This document shows positions 13,311 through 25,115 of a stretch of DNA of 64,000 bases, piece after piece (position 1 is the first letter of the stretch; each line of letters starts with the position of its first letter). The notes under the pieces are model-generated. The model saw nothing but the letters and a program-made list of their open reading frames with translations. It made no database searches and was not told the DNA's origin. The position numbers were made by a program, and so were the translations under genes. The DNA comes from Lytechinus pictus (Eukaryota): positions 18,230,001 through 18,294,000 of the forward strand of contig NC_087245.1 in the NCBI RefSeq assembly GCF_037042905.1. Reading direction: 5' to 3'.

Positions 13311-14219
13311 ATTCAAATTAGAATACCCACATCTTTTATGATATTCTGCTCTCGATCAGTATAGCATCCCCAGCTCTTCGTCCTAATCCCTAATTATCAT
13401 TTTCGATTTCCTCTCTGCTGCCAAAACACACCCCTCTAACTCTTCTCCATATACTGCATGTTTCCAATTTGTTTACGTCAAATACGAAACTTTGAGGCGT
13501 GTCTAAGAAATTTAAGTTCCATTTTTCCTAATAGTTGAAACAGTGGCCTTTATGAATCCATCCATTCTCCGTGTGGGTGTGGTTGTCATATTTTCGGAAG
13601 ATTTCTGTCTACATGTAGACATTCTGATCCCTTTTCCAGCAAATTGTTTTTGTGTTTAAAGGAGTCTCTGCTTCAAATGCTTTCGAATTCATTCGCAATA
13701 GATTTGGCATATCATTTAATTTGCCTGTGCCATACAGTCTGCCATGGCAGGAGTTGCCTATACCGACCTCGCCTACTATAGTTATTATTAAAATCCATTA
13801 ATTGACTATTATATTCTTTGAATGTGTAAAATTTTAGTGTGATACAAAATTAATAGCTGCGATCACTTTTCAGTCACCTGCCCCCGGAAGCCTCAAAAGG
13901 ACAATCGTTCATAATATTACTAAGGTAAGTTTATTATATTTTCTAAATCTTTCATCAAGAATGCAAATCCTCTTACGTAGAAAACAAAAGAAATACCATC
14001 TATCTTGACTAAAATGGCAAACAATAATAATATGTTCAACATATATCAAGAGGTTTTATCATTCATGCATGTTCTAGACCCAATACATAAGTGCTTAAAA
14101 TTTGTCTAACTACCCCGTCACTTACATGTATATATAGGATCTACAACCATATCAAATTCTTTTGGATGATATCTCTTTATATTTTTCACTTGGCAAAAAT
14201 TTTAATTCATGTCCATTTC

Positions 14220-14819
14220 TTAAAGGGATGGTCCGGGCTGAAAATGTTTATATCTAAATAAATAGAGTAAAATTCACAAAGCAAAATGCTGAAAATTTCA
14301 TCAAAATCTGATAACAAATAAAGAAGTTATTGAATTTTAAAGTTTATAAATATTTTTGTGAAACCAGTTATATGCACATCGTCATGAATATTCATTAGGT
14401 GGGCTGATGATGTCACATCTTCACTTCCTTTTTCTTATGAAATCATAAATGTTCAATTTTGTTCTTACATGTGTAAATGATGTGTCTCCATTATGATGCA
14501 ATAAGTTGCAGCAAGAAATAACTAATGCACTTAATCAGTTGTCAATCCAATTGTTTTAGTTCTTGGTAGAAAACTTTTGAATAAACCTTATTTTATATAA
14601 TAAAATACAAAAGAACAAGTGGGGATATGACATCATCAGCCCACCTAATGAATACTCATGAAGACATGCCTAGAACTGTTTCACCGGAATAATTATAATT
14701 TCGATATTTGATATCGATGATACCGTATCCGATTTTGATGACATTTTCAGCATTTTGCTCTGTGAATTTTACTCTATTTATTGAGATACAAATATCTTCA
14801 GCCCGGATCATCCCTTTAA
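14220..14819. mobile_element. TTAA-flanked Kolobok-like MITE (family B)
   Basis: TTAA-AGGGATGGTCCGGGCTGAA...TTCAGCCCGGATCATCCCT-TTAA; related copy at 34013-34563. Confidence 0.8.
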
Positions 14820-15001
14820 GTATTGTTGTACTGAACCTAATCAACTTTGCTTTCAATAATACACTTTCTACTACTTCCTGCATCAAGGCACATCTTCTAC
14901 ACGAATATTGCATTGTCACAACAAATGATTCAGTCGTTTTTGGAGCAGCTAAGAAATATCTACATCTTGACAAATACATCTGGGGGTGCTTCATAAGAAC
15001 A

Positions 15002-15104
15002 ATGAGGGTCCAAACTCTTCTCATTCTATATTGGACAATCTCAGTGTGCTATTGCGACAACCCCGACCCAACACCAGCAGTATCATACATGCCTCCATGG
15101 ACCG
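15002..15104 (+). CDS. Gene 1 coding exon 1: signal peptide of SMB-domain Methuselah-like (class B3-type) GPCR
   Basis: ATG with A at -3; MRVQTLLILYWTISVCYCDNPDPTPAVSYMPPWT looks like a signal peptide; strong donor G|GTAAGT at 15105, phase 1 matching the acceptor at 22141. Confidence 0.8.
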
Positions 15105-15223
15105 GTAAGTTTGAATTCACCTTTTACTACAACATTTAATAGGCCTACCAATACGGAAATACGACGTTGATCATTTTTGTAACATAAACTACGAGGTAAA
15201 ACGTAATGCGTATTAGGGTGACC

Positions 15224-16610
15224 CATGGCCGTAGCCAGGATTTTCTAAGAGGGGGTTCCGAATTATAACGAGTGAACTGTTTATTTTATGATCAGTTCCG
15301 TTTCTTCGCGAGACGAATCCAACTTTCGCAAATAGGGGGGGGGGAGAAAAAAATCATCTACATTTTCCCCGATCGGTCGCTTAAATAAATAATGCAAGGG
15401 CATGCTAATTTTGTAATATTATTTTATAATATTGTATGTATTTTGAAAAAAAAAACGTTCAGAACAATTTTGGTAATGGTGATCAAGGTGGGTATGTAAG
15501 TAACTTAGATCTAAACAATTAGCGCGCGCGCGAAGCGTGGGGTGAGATTTGTAGTATACTGATCTGAAAACAGGGAAAGGGACCTGTTTAGGACTGTTTG
15601 CAGTGACTCATGGAGAAGGTACATATCTCACTAACCAAATGATGCGAAAATAATGAATATGTTTGATATTCTGATGTGAAAACTTCACATTAAGCATTTT
15701 ATTGTACCAATATTCAGGCCTGTTATCTGAAGAAACAATTGATGCGAGCGAGAAGCACGAGCTGAAATCTGTAATATTCTGACCCGAAAACATGAAAAGG
15801 GACCTGTCAAGGACTGTTTGCAGTGACTCATGCAGAGGATACATATCTCACCAACCAAATAATGCGAGCGCGAAGCGCTAGATGATTTTTTCTTATTTTC
15901 TGACCTGAAAGCTTGAAATTCTAAGCACTTTTTGTACCAATGATCAGGATGGGTATCTCAATGAACAATTGATGCGAGTGCAAAGTGCGAGCTAAAATTC
16001 CTGATACTTCGTTTTTAAATAAATTGACACTAATTAGCGGACGTTTTTAATAAAGAACAAGATATATATCCATGAAACAATGTGAACGCGAGCTTATTTA
16101 GGTTTAAGCCTAAAACAGGACGTTCTATTCAGTTTTGTTTTATCATGAAAAGGAAGGTTTCAGTCTGTCTTGCTAAAGAACTGATTTGAGCGCGAAGCGC
16201 GTGCTAAAATTTCAGTTTTCCAATCTGAAATTCGGACATAATAAGCACGCTTTTACATAAAGAACGAGCTCCGTATCTCAATAAGCACATTAATGCAAGC
16301 AATAAGATCGAGTTAATAAAATTAAGCACTGTTCATTATCTAGGACCATTGTGAAGAGGACATTTTTTGTTACTATAAATGTTGAAAGCGCGAAGCGTGA
16401 GCTGAATTTTGGCGAGGATTTAGATCTAACAACGGGTTATTCTAAGCACCTATTGTAATCACCGTCACGTATAGGATGAGTATTCGACTAAACAACTAAT
16501 GCATAGCGAATGCAAAGCGCTGAAAATTATTGATAGGCTTATACTGACCTGAAAAGTGGAAATTTCAAAGAGTGGAATTCAGGAATGGGATACATATCTT
16601 GCTAATCAAA
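15224..16610 (+). mobile_element. hAT-like element with periodic GCGAGCGCGAAGCGCGAGC repeats
   Basis: CATGGCCGTAGCCAGG end; ~110-120-bp degenerate internal tandem units. Confidence 0.55.
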
Positions 16611-16612
16611 TA

Positions 16613-17224
16613 TTTTTTTAAGCCACCGCAGACGAAGTCCGGAGGGGGCATTGAGCGTTGCCCCTGTCCGTCCGTCCGTCCCCCACTTGGTTTCTGCGCA
16701 ATAACTAAATATATATATATATATATTTAATGGATTGCAAAATTGTTTGGTGTGTTGGTAGATGACACAGGCTAAGTTCGAATTCTGAGTCCGCAGGTCA
16801 AAGGTCACAGCTCATTAAATATGCGAGTTGGTTTCCGCATGATAACTTATGAAATATTCACCAGATATTAAAAATGTTTGGTTTAAAATATTTAATGGAT
16901 TTTAAAAAAATTTGGTGTGTAGGTAGATGGCACCAAAATACAGGCTAAGTTCGAATTCGGAGTCCGCAGGTCAAAGGTCAAAGGTCACAGCTCACTGAAT
17001 ATGCGAGTTGGTTTCCGCATGATAACTTATGAAATATTAAACAGATTTAAAAAAGTGGGTGTGTAGGTAGATGTCACCAAAATACAGGCTAAGTTCAAAT
17101 TCGGAGTCTGTAGGTCAAAGGTCACAGCTCATTATATATGCAAGTTGGTTCAATCATATTGAATGAATTTCTGATCGCTTTAAGCGGGGGCGTCTGTGTC
17201 CTTTGGACACGTCAAATTTCTAGT
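16613..17224 (+). mobile_element. Helentron/DINE-1-like (HINE) element with three internal tandem repeats
   Basis: Starts in a T-run; (GTCC)n microsatellite near the 5' end; 3' hairpin GTGTCC-TTT-GGACAC followed by CTAGT; repeats contain AGGTCAAAGGTCA. Confidence 0.6.
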
Positions 17225-17970
17225 TATATTCAGCACTTTTGTAAGCATGAACAGGATGTGTATGCGTAATTGCATATCTCACTGAAACAAAATTATGATA
17301 CTCGAATCGCATGCATAATAATTTGTGCATATTGACTTAAAGCTAGATATTGGGGACGATTAATGAGCTAGCCTCAAGGGTTTCCGAACTTCATCCTGTA
17401 CGTTGTACTTTGAATGGTCATCTGTACCACGTCTCGATCTCCTCTCCATGGCGGAGTTATCACAGTAAATCAAAATATTAAACACTAAATGACATATAAT
17501 GAAGATCAAAATCCAGGTAGCATGTATGTTCACAAAGATAGTTAAGGTCGCTGACGAAAAATAAAGATGAGTAAACTGATGATACTGCTGTAATTCTGCA
17601 CTCAAATGAATCAACAGACGAGCTAAAATCGCATACGTCCGTCCATGGCGGCGTCAATGAATTATTTTTAACTGACATAATTTTTTTTTAAACAAATTTC
17701 AGATATTCAGATATAGAGATAGATATTCAAAATTTATTGTCATGCTCAAAATAAAAATTACATTGGCACAAAAATCATATTCCGGCTGTTGGTATACAAA
17801 GAACAATATATAACATATAATAAATAATTACAAAAATAATGGCATTAAATAATATACAAAGCAAAAATTACACAAAGACCTAATACTAACCCAGAACAAT
17901 ATGATACCCTGCAAGGGCAGCTTTGAAGAAACATTAGAAAGATTTCATTCTTTAAAAGAAAGTGAGCACA

Positions 17971-20309
17971 CACTTAGAAATAAAGATGCACAAAGGGTGC
18001 AATCCTATGCGAAAAGATGCAATCTAGAGGGAAAAATGCAATTTTGCACCCTGAAAATTTAAAAGGGTGCAACTTTTCACATTTGGTAGTTTATATTGAA
18101 ATGAAATATCTTCATTACCGCCCTAAAACTAGTGGAAACTAGTTTAAAGTGTAATGAGAACGGTCGAAGCGGTCTTGGAAGCGATCTTCCAAACCAGTTC
18201 GGAAAACCTCCTTGCGATACATTCCTAAAACTAGTTTACTGGAAACTAGTTTAGTGGAAACTAGTTAACGCGTAGTGAGAACGGTCGAAGCGGTCTTGGA
18301 AGCGATCTTCCAAACCAGTTCGGAAAACCACCTCGCGATGTATTGAAGATCGCTTTGCCTCGGTAAATTGGTTTTAGCGCAAGTGAGGACACAACCGTTC
18401 TTCGTGAAGCGATCTTCGCACATTTTGAGCGCGCTACTCCACACGACAGGTGTAGAATTCCTACGCTGCGGTTTCGAATTTCGCGCGAAACGTGTCACCC
18501 CACTGATAGCGTTTCCATAGCAACAAGAGCGCTTTATGTGAAGTGATTTTGAAAACCACTTTCGTGTTGCTAAGAGGCTGTTCTCACTACGTTCCTAAAA
18601 CTAGTTTACTGGGAACCGGTTTAGAAAGCCAGTTTGGAAGATCGCTTTGATCACACGAAAGTGGTTTTCAAAATCACTTCACATAAAGCGCTCTTGTTGC
18701 TATGGAAACGCTCTCAGTGGGGTGACACGTTTCGCGCGAAATTCGAAACCGCAGCATAGGCATTCTACACCTGTCGTGTGGAGTAGCGCGCTCAAAATGT
18801 GCGAAGATCGCTTCCCGAAGAACGGTTGTGTCCTCACTTACGCTAAAACCAGTTTAACGAGGCAAAGCGATCTTGAAAACTGGAGGCCGTTCTCATTACG
18901 CTTTCTAAAACTAGTTTACTGAAAACCGATTCAGGAAACCACTTTGGAAGATCGCTTTGCTAACGTTCCCACTTGATCACACGAAAGTGGTTTTCAAAAT
19001 CACTTCACGTAAAGCGCTCTTGTTGCTATGGAAACGCTCTCAGTGGGGTGACACGTTTCGAGCGAAATTCGAAACCGCAGCATAGGCATTCTCCACCTGT
19101 CGTGTGGAGTAGCGCGCTCAAAATGTGCGAAGATCGCTTCCCGAAGAACGGTTGTGTCCTCACTTACGCTAAAACCAGTTTTACGAGGCAAAGCGATCTT
19201 GAAAATTTCATCGCGAGGTGGTTTTCCAAACTGGTTTGGAAGATCGCTTCCAAGACCGCTTTGACCGTTCTCACTATGCGTTAAACTAGTTTCCACTAAA
19301 CTAGTTTCCAGTAAACTAGTTTTAGGAACGTAGTGAGAACAGCCTCCTACATCGCGAGGTGGTTTTCCAAACTGGTTTGGAAGATCGCTTCCAAGACCGC
19401 TTTGACCGTTCTCACTACGCGTTAAACTAGTTTCCACTAAACTAGTTTCCAGTAACGCTAGCAAAGCGATTTTCCAAACTGGTTTCCTGAACCGGTTTCC
19501 AGTAAGTAGTTTCGCTTTGCCTCCAAATAGTGTATGGAGCACGCGCTCAAAATGTGTGAAGATCGCTTCCCGAAGAACGGTTGTGTCCTCACTTACGCTA
19601 AAACCAGTTTAACGAGGCAAAGCGATCTTCAAAATTGCGAGGTGGTTTTCTGAACCGGCTTGGAAGATCGCTTCCAAGACCGCTTCAACCGTTCTCATTA
19701 CGCTTTCTAAAACTAGTTTACTGGATACCGGTTCAGGAAACCAGTTTGGAAGATCGCTTTGCTAGGTTCCCATTTGATCACACGAAAGTGGTTTACAAAC
19801 TCACTTCCCGTAAAGCGATCTTGTTGCTATAGGAACGCTCTCAGTGGGATGACACGTTTCGCGCGAAATTCGAAACAGCAGCGCTCAAAATGTGCGAAGA
19901 TCGCTTCCCGAAGAATGGTTGTGTCCTCACGCTAAAACCAGTTTAACGAGGCAAAGCGATCTTGATTCTACATCGCGAGGTGGTTTTCTGAACTGATTTG
20001 AAAGATAGCTTCGACCGTTCTCACTACACGTTAAACTAGTTTCCACTAAACTTGTTTCCTGGTAAAAGCTCAGTCGGGAGAGCTTGCATGGGACTCGTAA
20101 CAGGCATGTCTCAGGTTCGATTCCCGGCAGGTCCGCTTCCACGTTAATCTACTGGTTGCATTCATAATAATAATTTTATATTTCACTTTTTAAATTGTGC
20201 AAAATTACACCTTGGTGAAAAGAAGGAACATTGCATACTTAAAGGTGCCCCCAGTGCCGCATGTTTTTGCACCCTCAAAGGTGTAATGTTGCATCCTTAT
20301 TTCTATGTG
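17971..20309. mobile_element. CACTA/EnSpm-like non-autonomous element hosting a MITE array
   Basis: 20-bp TIR CACTTAGAAATAAAGATGCA / TGCATCCTTATTTCTATGTG (2 mismatches); subterminal GGGTGCA/TGCACCC repeats. Confidence 0.6.
18122..20064. repeat. Mosaic tandem/inverted array of a ~460-bp Harbinger-like MITE
   Basis: Five copies of core AAGATCGCTTCCCGAAGAACGGTTGTGTCCTC (one inverted); perfect 39-bp inverted repeat 18574-18612 / 19308-19346; near full-length unit about 18883-19346. Confidence 0.85.
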
Positions 20310-20385
20310 TGATGCGATTCCAAATTGATTTCATACGTAATGTTATAGCTATGTAGTAGGGTAGTGACAACTTTTCGATTCTCTC

Positions 20386-21070
20386 CAGTAAAGAAAATGA
20401 CTAAATTGTACACCCCTGATAGGGGTGTACAGTGTGCACCCCTATTTGGGGTTACCATCTGCACCTTAGAGGGTGTACACGTCTACCCCTTAGGGTGCAT
20501 AATTATGTACCCCCACCTAAAATAACAAAAAGATTGTCTAGGTTTCCGGTCCATTCACTTCCTGTATCGATTTTTTAGTTACATTAGTTGAGATTCGAAC
20601 TCATCTCGTTTTATCTGTAGTCAAGCTTTTTCCCGCTATGCCAGCGAGAAGCGCTAAGAATTGTCGAGTCTATAGCGATATGATTCGATACTTTTTGACT
20701 TGTGCTGATAGTTGTGATTCAAGTATCTCTACTGTTTCTCCAAAAGTATATTAATCAAATGTTTGTTTGAAACAATTATCACATAAATATTAAATTTTTT
20801 AAAAATTATTTCACTTCGGTAAAGTGTGGCGTAAGTGCATTGCTATTTCGGGTAATCTTCAATCACAAATCAACTTTATCTATACCAGACGTCTATCAGC
20901 GAGACTGGTGGGGTGCACGAAAAGAGTACATGGGTGTACAACCATAGAGCTATTAGCTCCATGGTACAACAGACATGTATTCTCGCAAACGAGCTAACTT
21001 GCACCTCGATGGTATTAAGGGGTGTATGCACGTATCGTACACCCCATTTGCACCGGGATTTCTTAATGTG
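20386..21070. mobile_element. Second CACTA-like non-autonomous element
   Basis: Degenerate ends CAGTAAAGAAAAT / ATTTCTTAATGTG; many subterminal TACACCC/GGGTGTA repeats at both ends. Confidence 0.5.
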
Positions 21071-21369
21071 TACAGTAAAATTTATCTCGGAGGCTGGGTA
21101 TTGCAGTACTACCATCATTCCCATGTCACAGTTTAAGGACAAGTCCACAAAAAGTTGATTTAAATAAAAAGAGAAAAATCCAACAAGCATATCACTGAAA
21201 ATTGTATCAAAATCGGATGTAAAATAAGAAAGTTATGACAACTTAAAGTTTCGCTTAATTTCACAAAACAGTTATAAATTATGCACATCCTGGCTGGTAT
21301 GCAAATGAGGAGACTATGACGTCATCCACTCACTATTTCTTTTGTATTTTATTATACAAAATATGAAAT

Positions 21370-21646
21370 CGCTGATGTGGTTTACGGTACACCATGTGAA
21401 GTGTTATAGAAACGGTGGATAGAAGAAGAGAAGAAATGGATAGGCGAGAAAGTGGAGATTTGAGAGTAGAGTATTCTTTCTTGAAAGTAGTCCTGAAAAG
21501 GACTGTAAACCAGGAAAGATTGATGAGTTGAGAACAGCTTGAGTAGTAGAGCTAGTGAGGAGATGCTGGCTTGAGTCGGCGAGTAGAGATGATGAGTAGT
21601 AGAGAGACTCGACGTTTCGGGCAGGTTGACTGTCCGTCTTCAGGAG
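21370..21646 (-). mobile_element. Short Penelope-like/retrozyme-like insertion in a MITE
   Basis: Interrupts a MITE that is uninterrupted at this site in the 10305-11200 copy; TGAAAT repeated at both junctions (21364-21369, 21647-21652); carries the hammerhead and an AGTCCTGAAAAGGACT hairpin. Confidence 0.75.
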
Positions 21647-21647
21647 T
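21607..21647 (-). ncRNA. Minimal type I hammerhead ribozyme (Penelope-type)
   Basis: Minus strand reads ACTC-CTGAAGA-C-GGACAG-TCAAC-CTGCCC-GAAAC-GTC-GAGT: CUGANGA and GAAA core, stem I ACTC/GAGT, stem II 5 of 6 bp, GUC cleavage triplet, stem III reduced to palindromic ACGT. Confidence 0.8.
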
Positions 21648-22140
21648 GAAATATTATAATTTTCTCCTCATTGTCAAGTGATACAACGATTAATTCCTCC
21701 CTGAACATGTGGAATTAGCATTGTTTAATATCATATGGTTCAGTCAAGTTGGTCCTTATTGTCAAATCTATAAAAAATGAAACATTGTATAATTCAAACA
21801 ATAAAAAACAAGAGAAATAGTGAGTGATGGACATCATCGACTGACTCACCAAGTTGTGCATATCACTGTTTTGTGAAAAATAAGCGAAACTTAAAAATGT
21901 CATAACTTTCTTATTTTACTTCCGATTTTGATGAAATTTTCAGCACCATGCTAGTTTGATTTTTCTCTATTTATTCAAGTCAGCATTTTCCTGGGGTGGA
22001 CTTGACCTGTAATACTGAAAACAACTTTTCAATGAAACGAATAGCTTAATCTCTATACTGTATATTGATGTCACAGAATAATTATCCATACAAAAACGTA
22101 ACTGATAGAAAATTATATCTTTTTTTCTCATTTCAATTAG

Positions 22141-24614
22141 GTACTTCGAACACTGCCCAGGTTGTATTCTGCAACAATACACATTTCTGCCGCTCAAGAA
22201 ACCCTCCCTGTGTTGATGCCCCCGTTAACGAACACTTGGCTTGCTACTGCGACACACTATGTCTCATCTTCGACGATTGCTGTAACGACTATGAGGAGAC
22301 GTGTCTTCTCGAATATGGAACAACTGCTACAACGGCCACAGACGAACCTTCCCTTAGTATAGATGTTGAAGATAGTTTGGGATTGCCTCTCGACAGGTTT
22401 GAATGCAACACAATTTCTTACGCTCCCAAACGTTCTAATACAGGTTTTTGGGTAGTATCAAAATGTCTGTCTGGTAAAGAGGAGAGTTTGAAGTCCCAAT
22501 GCGAAGATACCCTTCAGCTCCCTCCATCGAAAATGAGCGACGAAGATTTTAAAGCTAAATACGTACCCGTTACTTCTAACAAGACGAATGTGGCCTACAA
22601 AAATCAGTTTTGTGCTCAGTGCAACGATGATTATGGTGATGTGTACTGGTATCTTAAGATTGTTGACAACATTAATGCTAGTAAGGACTTAGGTAATTAT
22701 GCCCTAGAGAGAATGTTTTATCTGTATGTCATGTCGTACAGGAGTTTAACATGGTACCCTCCAAGCAATGTCTACACGAAGCTCATCAGAACATGTATCA
22801 ATCTTGAGGTTACTGACAACGCTGATTGTGGAGATTCATTCACAAAGCAAGAAGGAGATGACTGCAATAGTGTCACTGCTTATGTTCGAATAGATAATGC
22901 ACGACCCGATCAAGAACATTTCCAAAAGTCATTTTGCCAGGGCTGTGCAACCAATAAAGCCTACGATGTCTTGTGCACCCAGGACATTCCTACTGCTTTG
23001 TATGTCATAAATCAGAAAGAGACTGCATTAAAGGAACTACATCTCGTGCCAATATCAGTCATTATTGATTTTACGGGCTCCTCTAAAATCATCGAAATGG
23101 AGGAGAGACAGGAGGAGATTGTAATTAAGTGTCCATCTGGACATGTGTATGACCCTAATGCAAATGTGTGTATACAGCTATCCTGCTCAGAAGGATTCGT
23201 CATGGCCATTGATACCTGTGTTCCAGAGATGGGTCCTCTCAACCAGTACTGTCCTGATCAGGTTCAAGAGTGGTCTTGGGAATTTTACCCTGATTCCCGA
23301 AAATCATGCGAAGGCAAGTTCTCTTTATTACTGGGATGTCTCCAGGAGAAAGGTATCTCTGTAGATGTGATAAAAATCTTAGCAACCTATAGCAAATCAT
23401 ATTTATATTGCCACTACAATTTTCTGGCCAACGTGTCTACGAATGAAAGAGAGTCTAATTGGACAACGCTAGATGACTATATGGTCCAAAGCATTGCGAC
23501 TCCCAAATCCCACTTTTATGATCAATGTGTCATTCTTGATGCAGAATTATATAAATCATGCAAGAGCGCTCTTAAAGACCGTTGCACTATTCCGCTGCGT
23601 ACATTTCCCCTAGGTGCTACTCAGCTCAGTCCAACCGGAGTGAAAAATTACTATGTAAGTGAACTTGAAAAGTGGTATTCTGAGTACATGGCTGTTGAAC
23701 GAGTCACTTACAATGCAAACTACACCAAGGTGACATCTCTATTTGTTTGTACCGAGAATATGCTCCATTGTCCGTTTGTAACACTTAATCAATCACTGTT
23801 CTCTGAAATTCGCAATGGAACCAGAGAAATTGAATACAAACCAACCGGTAGAATTTTCTCCCCAGGAGAATTTTTACGAATTGATAGCGGATACATCCGT
23901 GTTTGCAATTTCTTCGGTAACGTAAGAGTCGAGAACAAAACTTCTGTGACTACCTATATATCATTCTCTCTAAACCAATCAATTGTCAGCACCGTGGGTT
24001 GCTCACTGTCGCTAGTTGCGTTATTTATGACTTTCTTAACGTATGCGCGCTTTCGAGCTTTGCGCCGATGCGTATGCAACAAGTTGATCATGTGTCTCTG
24101 CGTTGCTCTTTTCACTGGGCAATCATTGCTCCTCTTGGGTGGACTGGCTAAATTCAACGTCACTCTCTGCACCGCAGTTTCCTCGTTGACGCACTACACT
24201 TGGCTTGTGGCTTTTGCATTGACTTTCAGCCTGGCATACGACCTCAACCGCACATTCGGCTCTAAGACGATCAGCCGAACAAGCGAGAATGGATCAAAGA
24301 TTCTTCTTATGTACCTCTCCAATTCATTCGGAACCCCACTTCTTGTCGTCATTCCTTGTCTGATCATCCAAATTCAGAAAAGAGAGACTGTTATTTATGG
24401 CCGTGATGGTATCTGTTGGCTTTCTGGATATGTTCCACTGATGCTATCATTTGGTGTTCCTGTGGCAATCACCCTGTGTCTCAACATGGTTCTCTTCGCC
24501 CACACAGTGTTCTCCATCTTCAAGGCCAAGCGTCTGTCAAGAAAGCTACTCCTCCACCATCTGCGTAAGCCAACCTACACTGAAAATATGAAAGAGCTGC
24601 TTATCTACTTTAAG
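22141..24614 (+). CDS. Gene 1 exon 2 (2474 nt): somatomedin-B-like domain, Cys-rich ectodomain, TM1-TM5
   Basis: Within the 863-aa ORF; polypyrimidine acceptor ttttttctcatttcaattag; CYCDTLCLIFDDCCNDYEETC (SMB-like); PVTSNKTNVAYKNQFCAQCN; TM3 HYTWLVAFALTFSLAYDL; donor AAG|GTAATT, phase 0. Confidence 0.92.
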
Positions 24615-25115
24615 GTAATTATCCAATTGCTGTATTTGAAAACGTTATTATGCTAAATTTAATTCTAGTATATGCAGTCAAACAGTACACAGTACTTTTC
24701 GAATAGACTATATAATGTACACATTTCACTCGGAGTGCTTTAATATTTATGTTTGATATAATACCGAGGAATTCGATATGTACATGAAAAAGAATGAAGA
24801 TATACGAAAATATGAAATGAAGACTTTGCAGTGTTGTTTCTTCCATGAAGGGAAGTAGAAACATCGACACGCAACGATGTGTTGATATTAAACTCAGCCT
24901 GAAATCGATCGCTCCGAACCATGATGCAAATTTTACCAAATACAACTTAATTAGAATTTTGGATGATCTACCATTCGCTACATTCTAATGCTATATTTAG
25001 GACCTACACTAATAAACCGACTCTAAATTGGCCGATTGTATATCGTTTAAAATAACGTAATAGAATCGGTTGGTCTGAAGTCGGTTTGCCTGCGTGTCTG
25101 TGCAATCAACAAAGC

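Larger units (their letters stand above)
21133..22012. mobile_element. TTAA-flanked Kolobok-like MITE (family A) with Penelope-like insert
   Basis: AGGACAAGTCCAC...GGTGGACTTGACCT; colinear with 10305-11200. Confidence 0.78.

Noticed and set aside
13330..13770. Possible decayed L1/Tx1-type LINE fragment on the minus strand
   Set aside because: Only faint coding-like character and no diagnostic motif I can support
14708..15001. Upstream extension of the 143-aa ORF
   Set aside because: Starts within a MITE at a non-ATG codon; the ATG at 15002 gives a clean signal peptide
18265..19542. Repeated ORFs (MITRKWFSKSLH..., up to 180 aa) and a CRISPR-like look of the array
   Set aside because: The ORFs are translations of MITE copies. 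There is no constant repeat with unique spacers, no cas genes, and the context is eukaryotic.
22065..22140. N-terminal part of the 863-aa ORF
   Set aside because: Intronic polypyrimidine tract; the exon begins at 22141 and the signal peptide comes from 15002-15104
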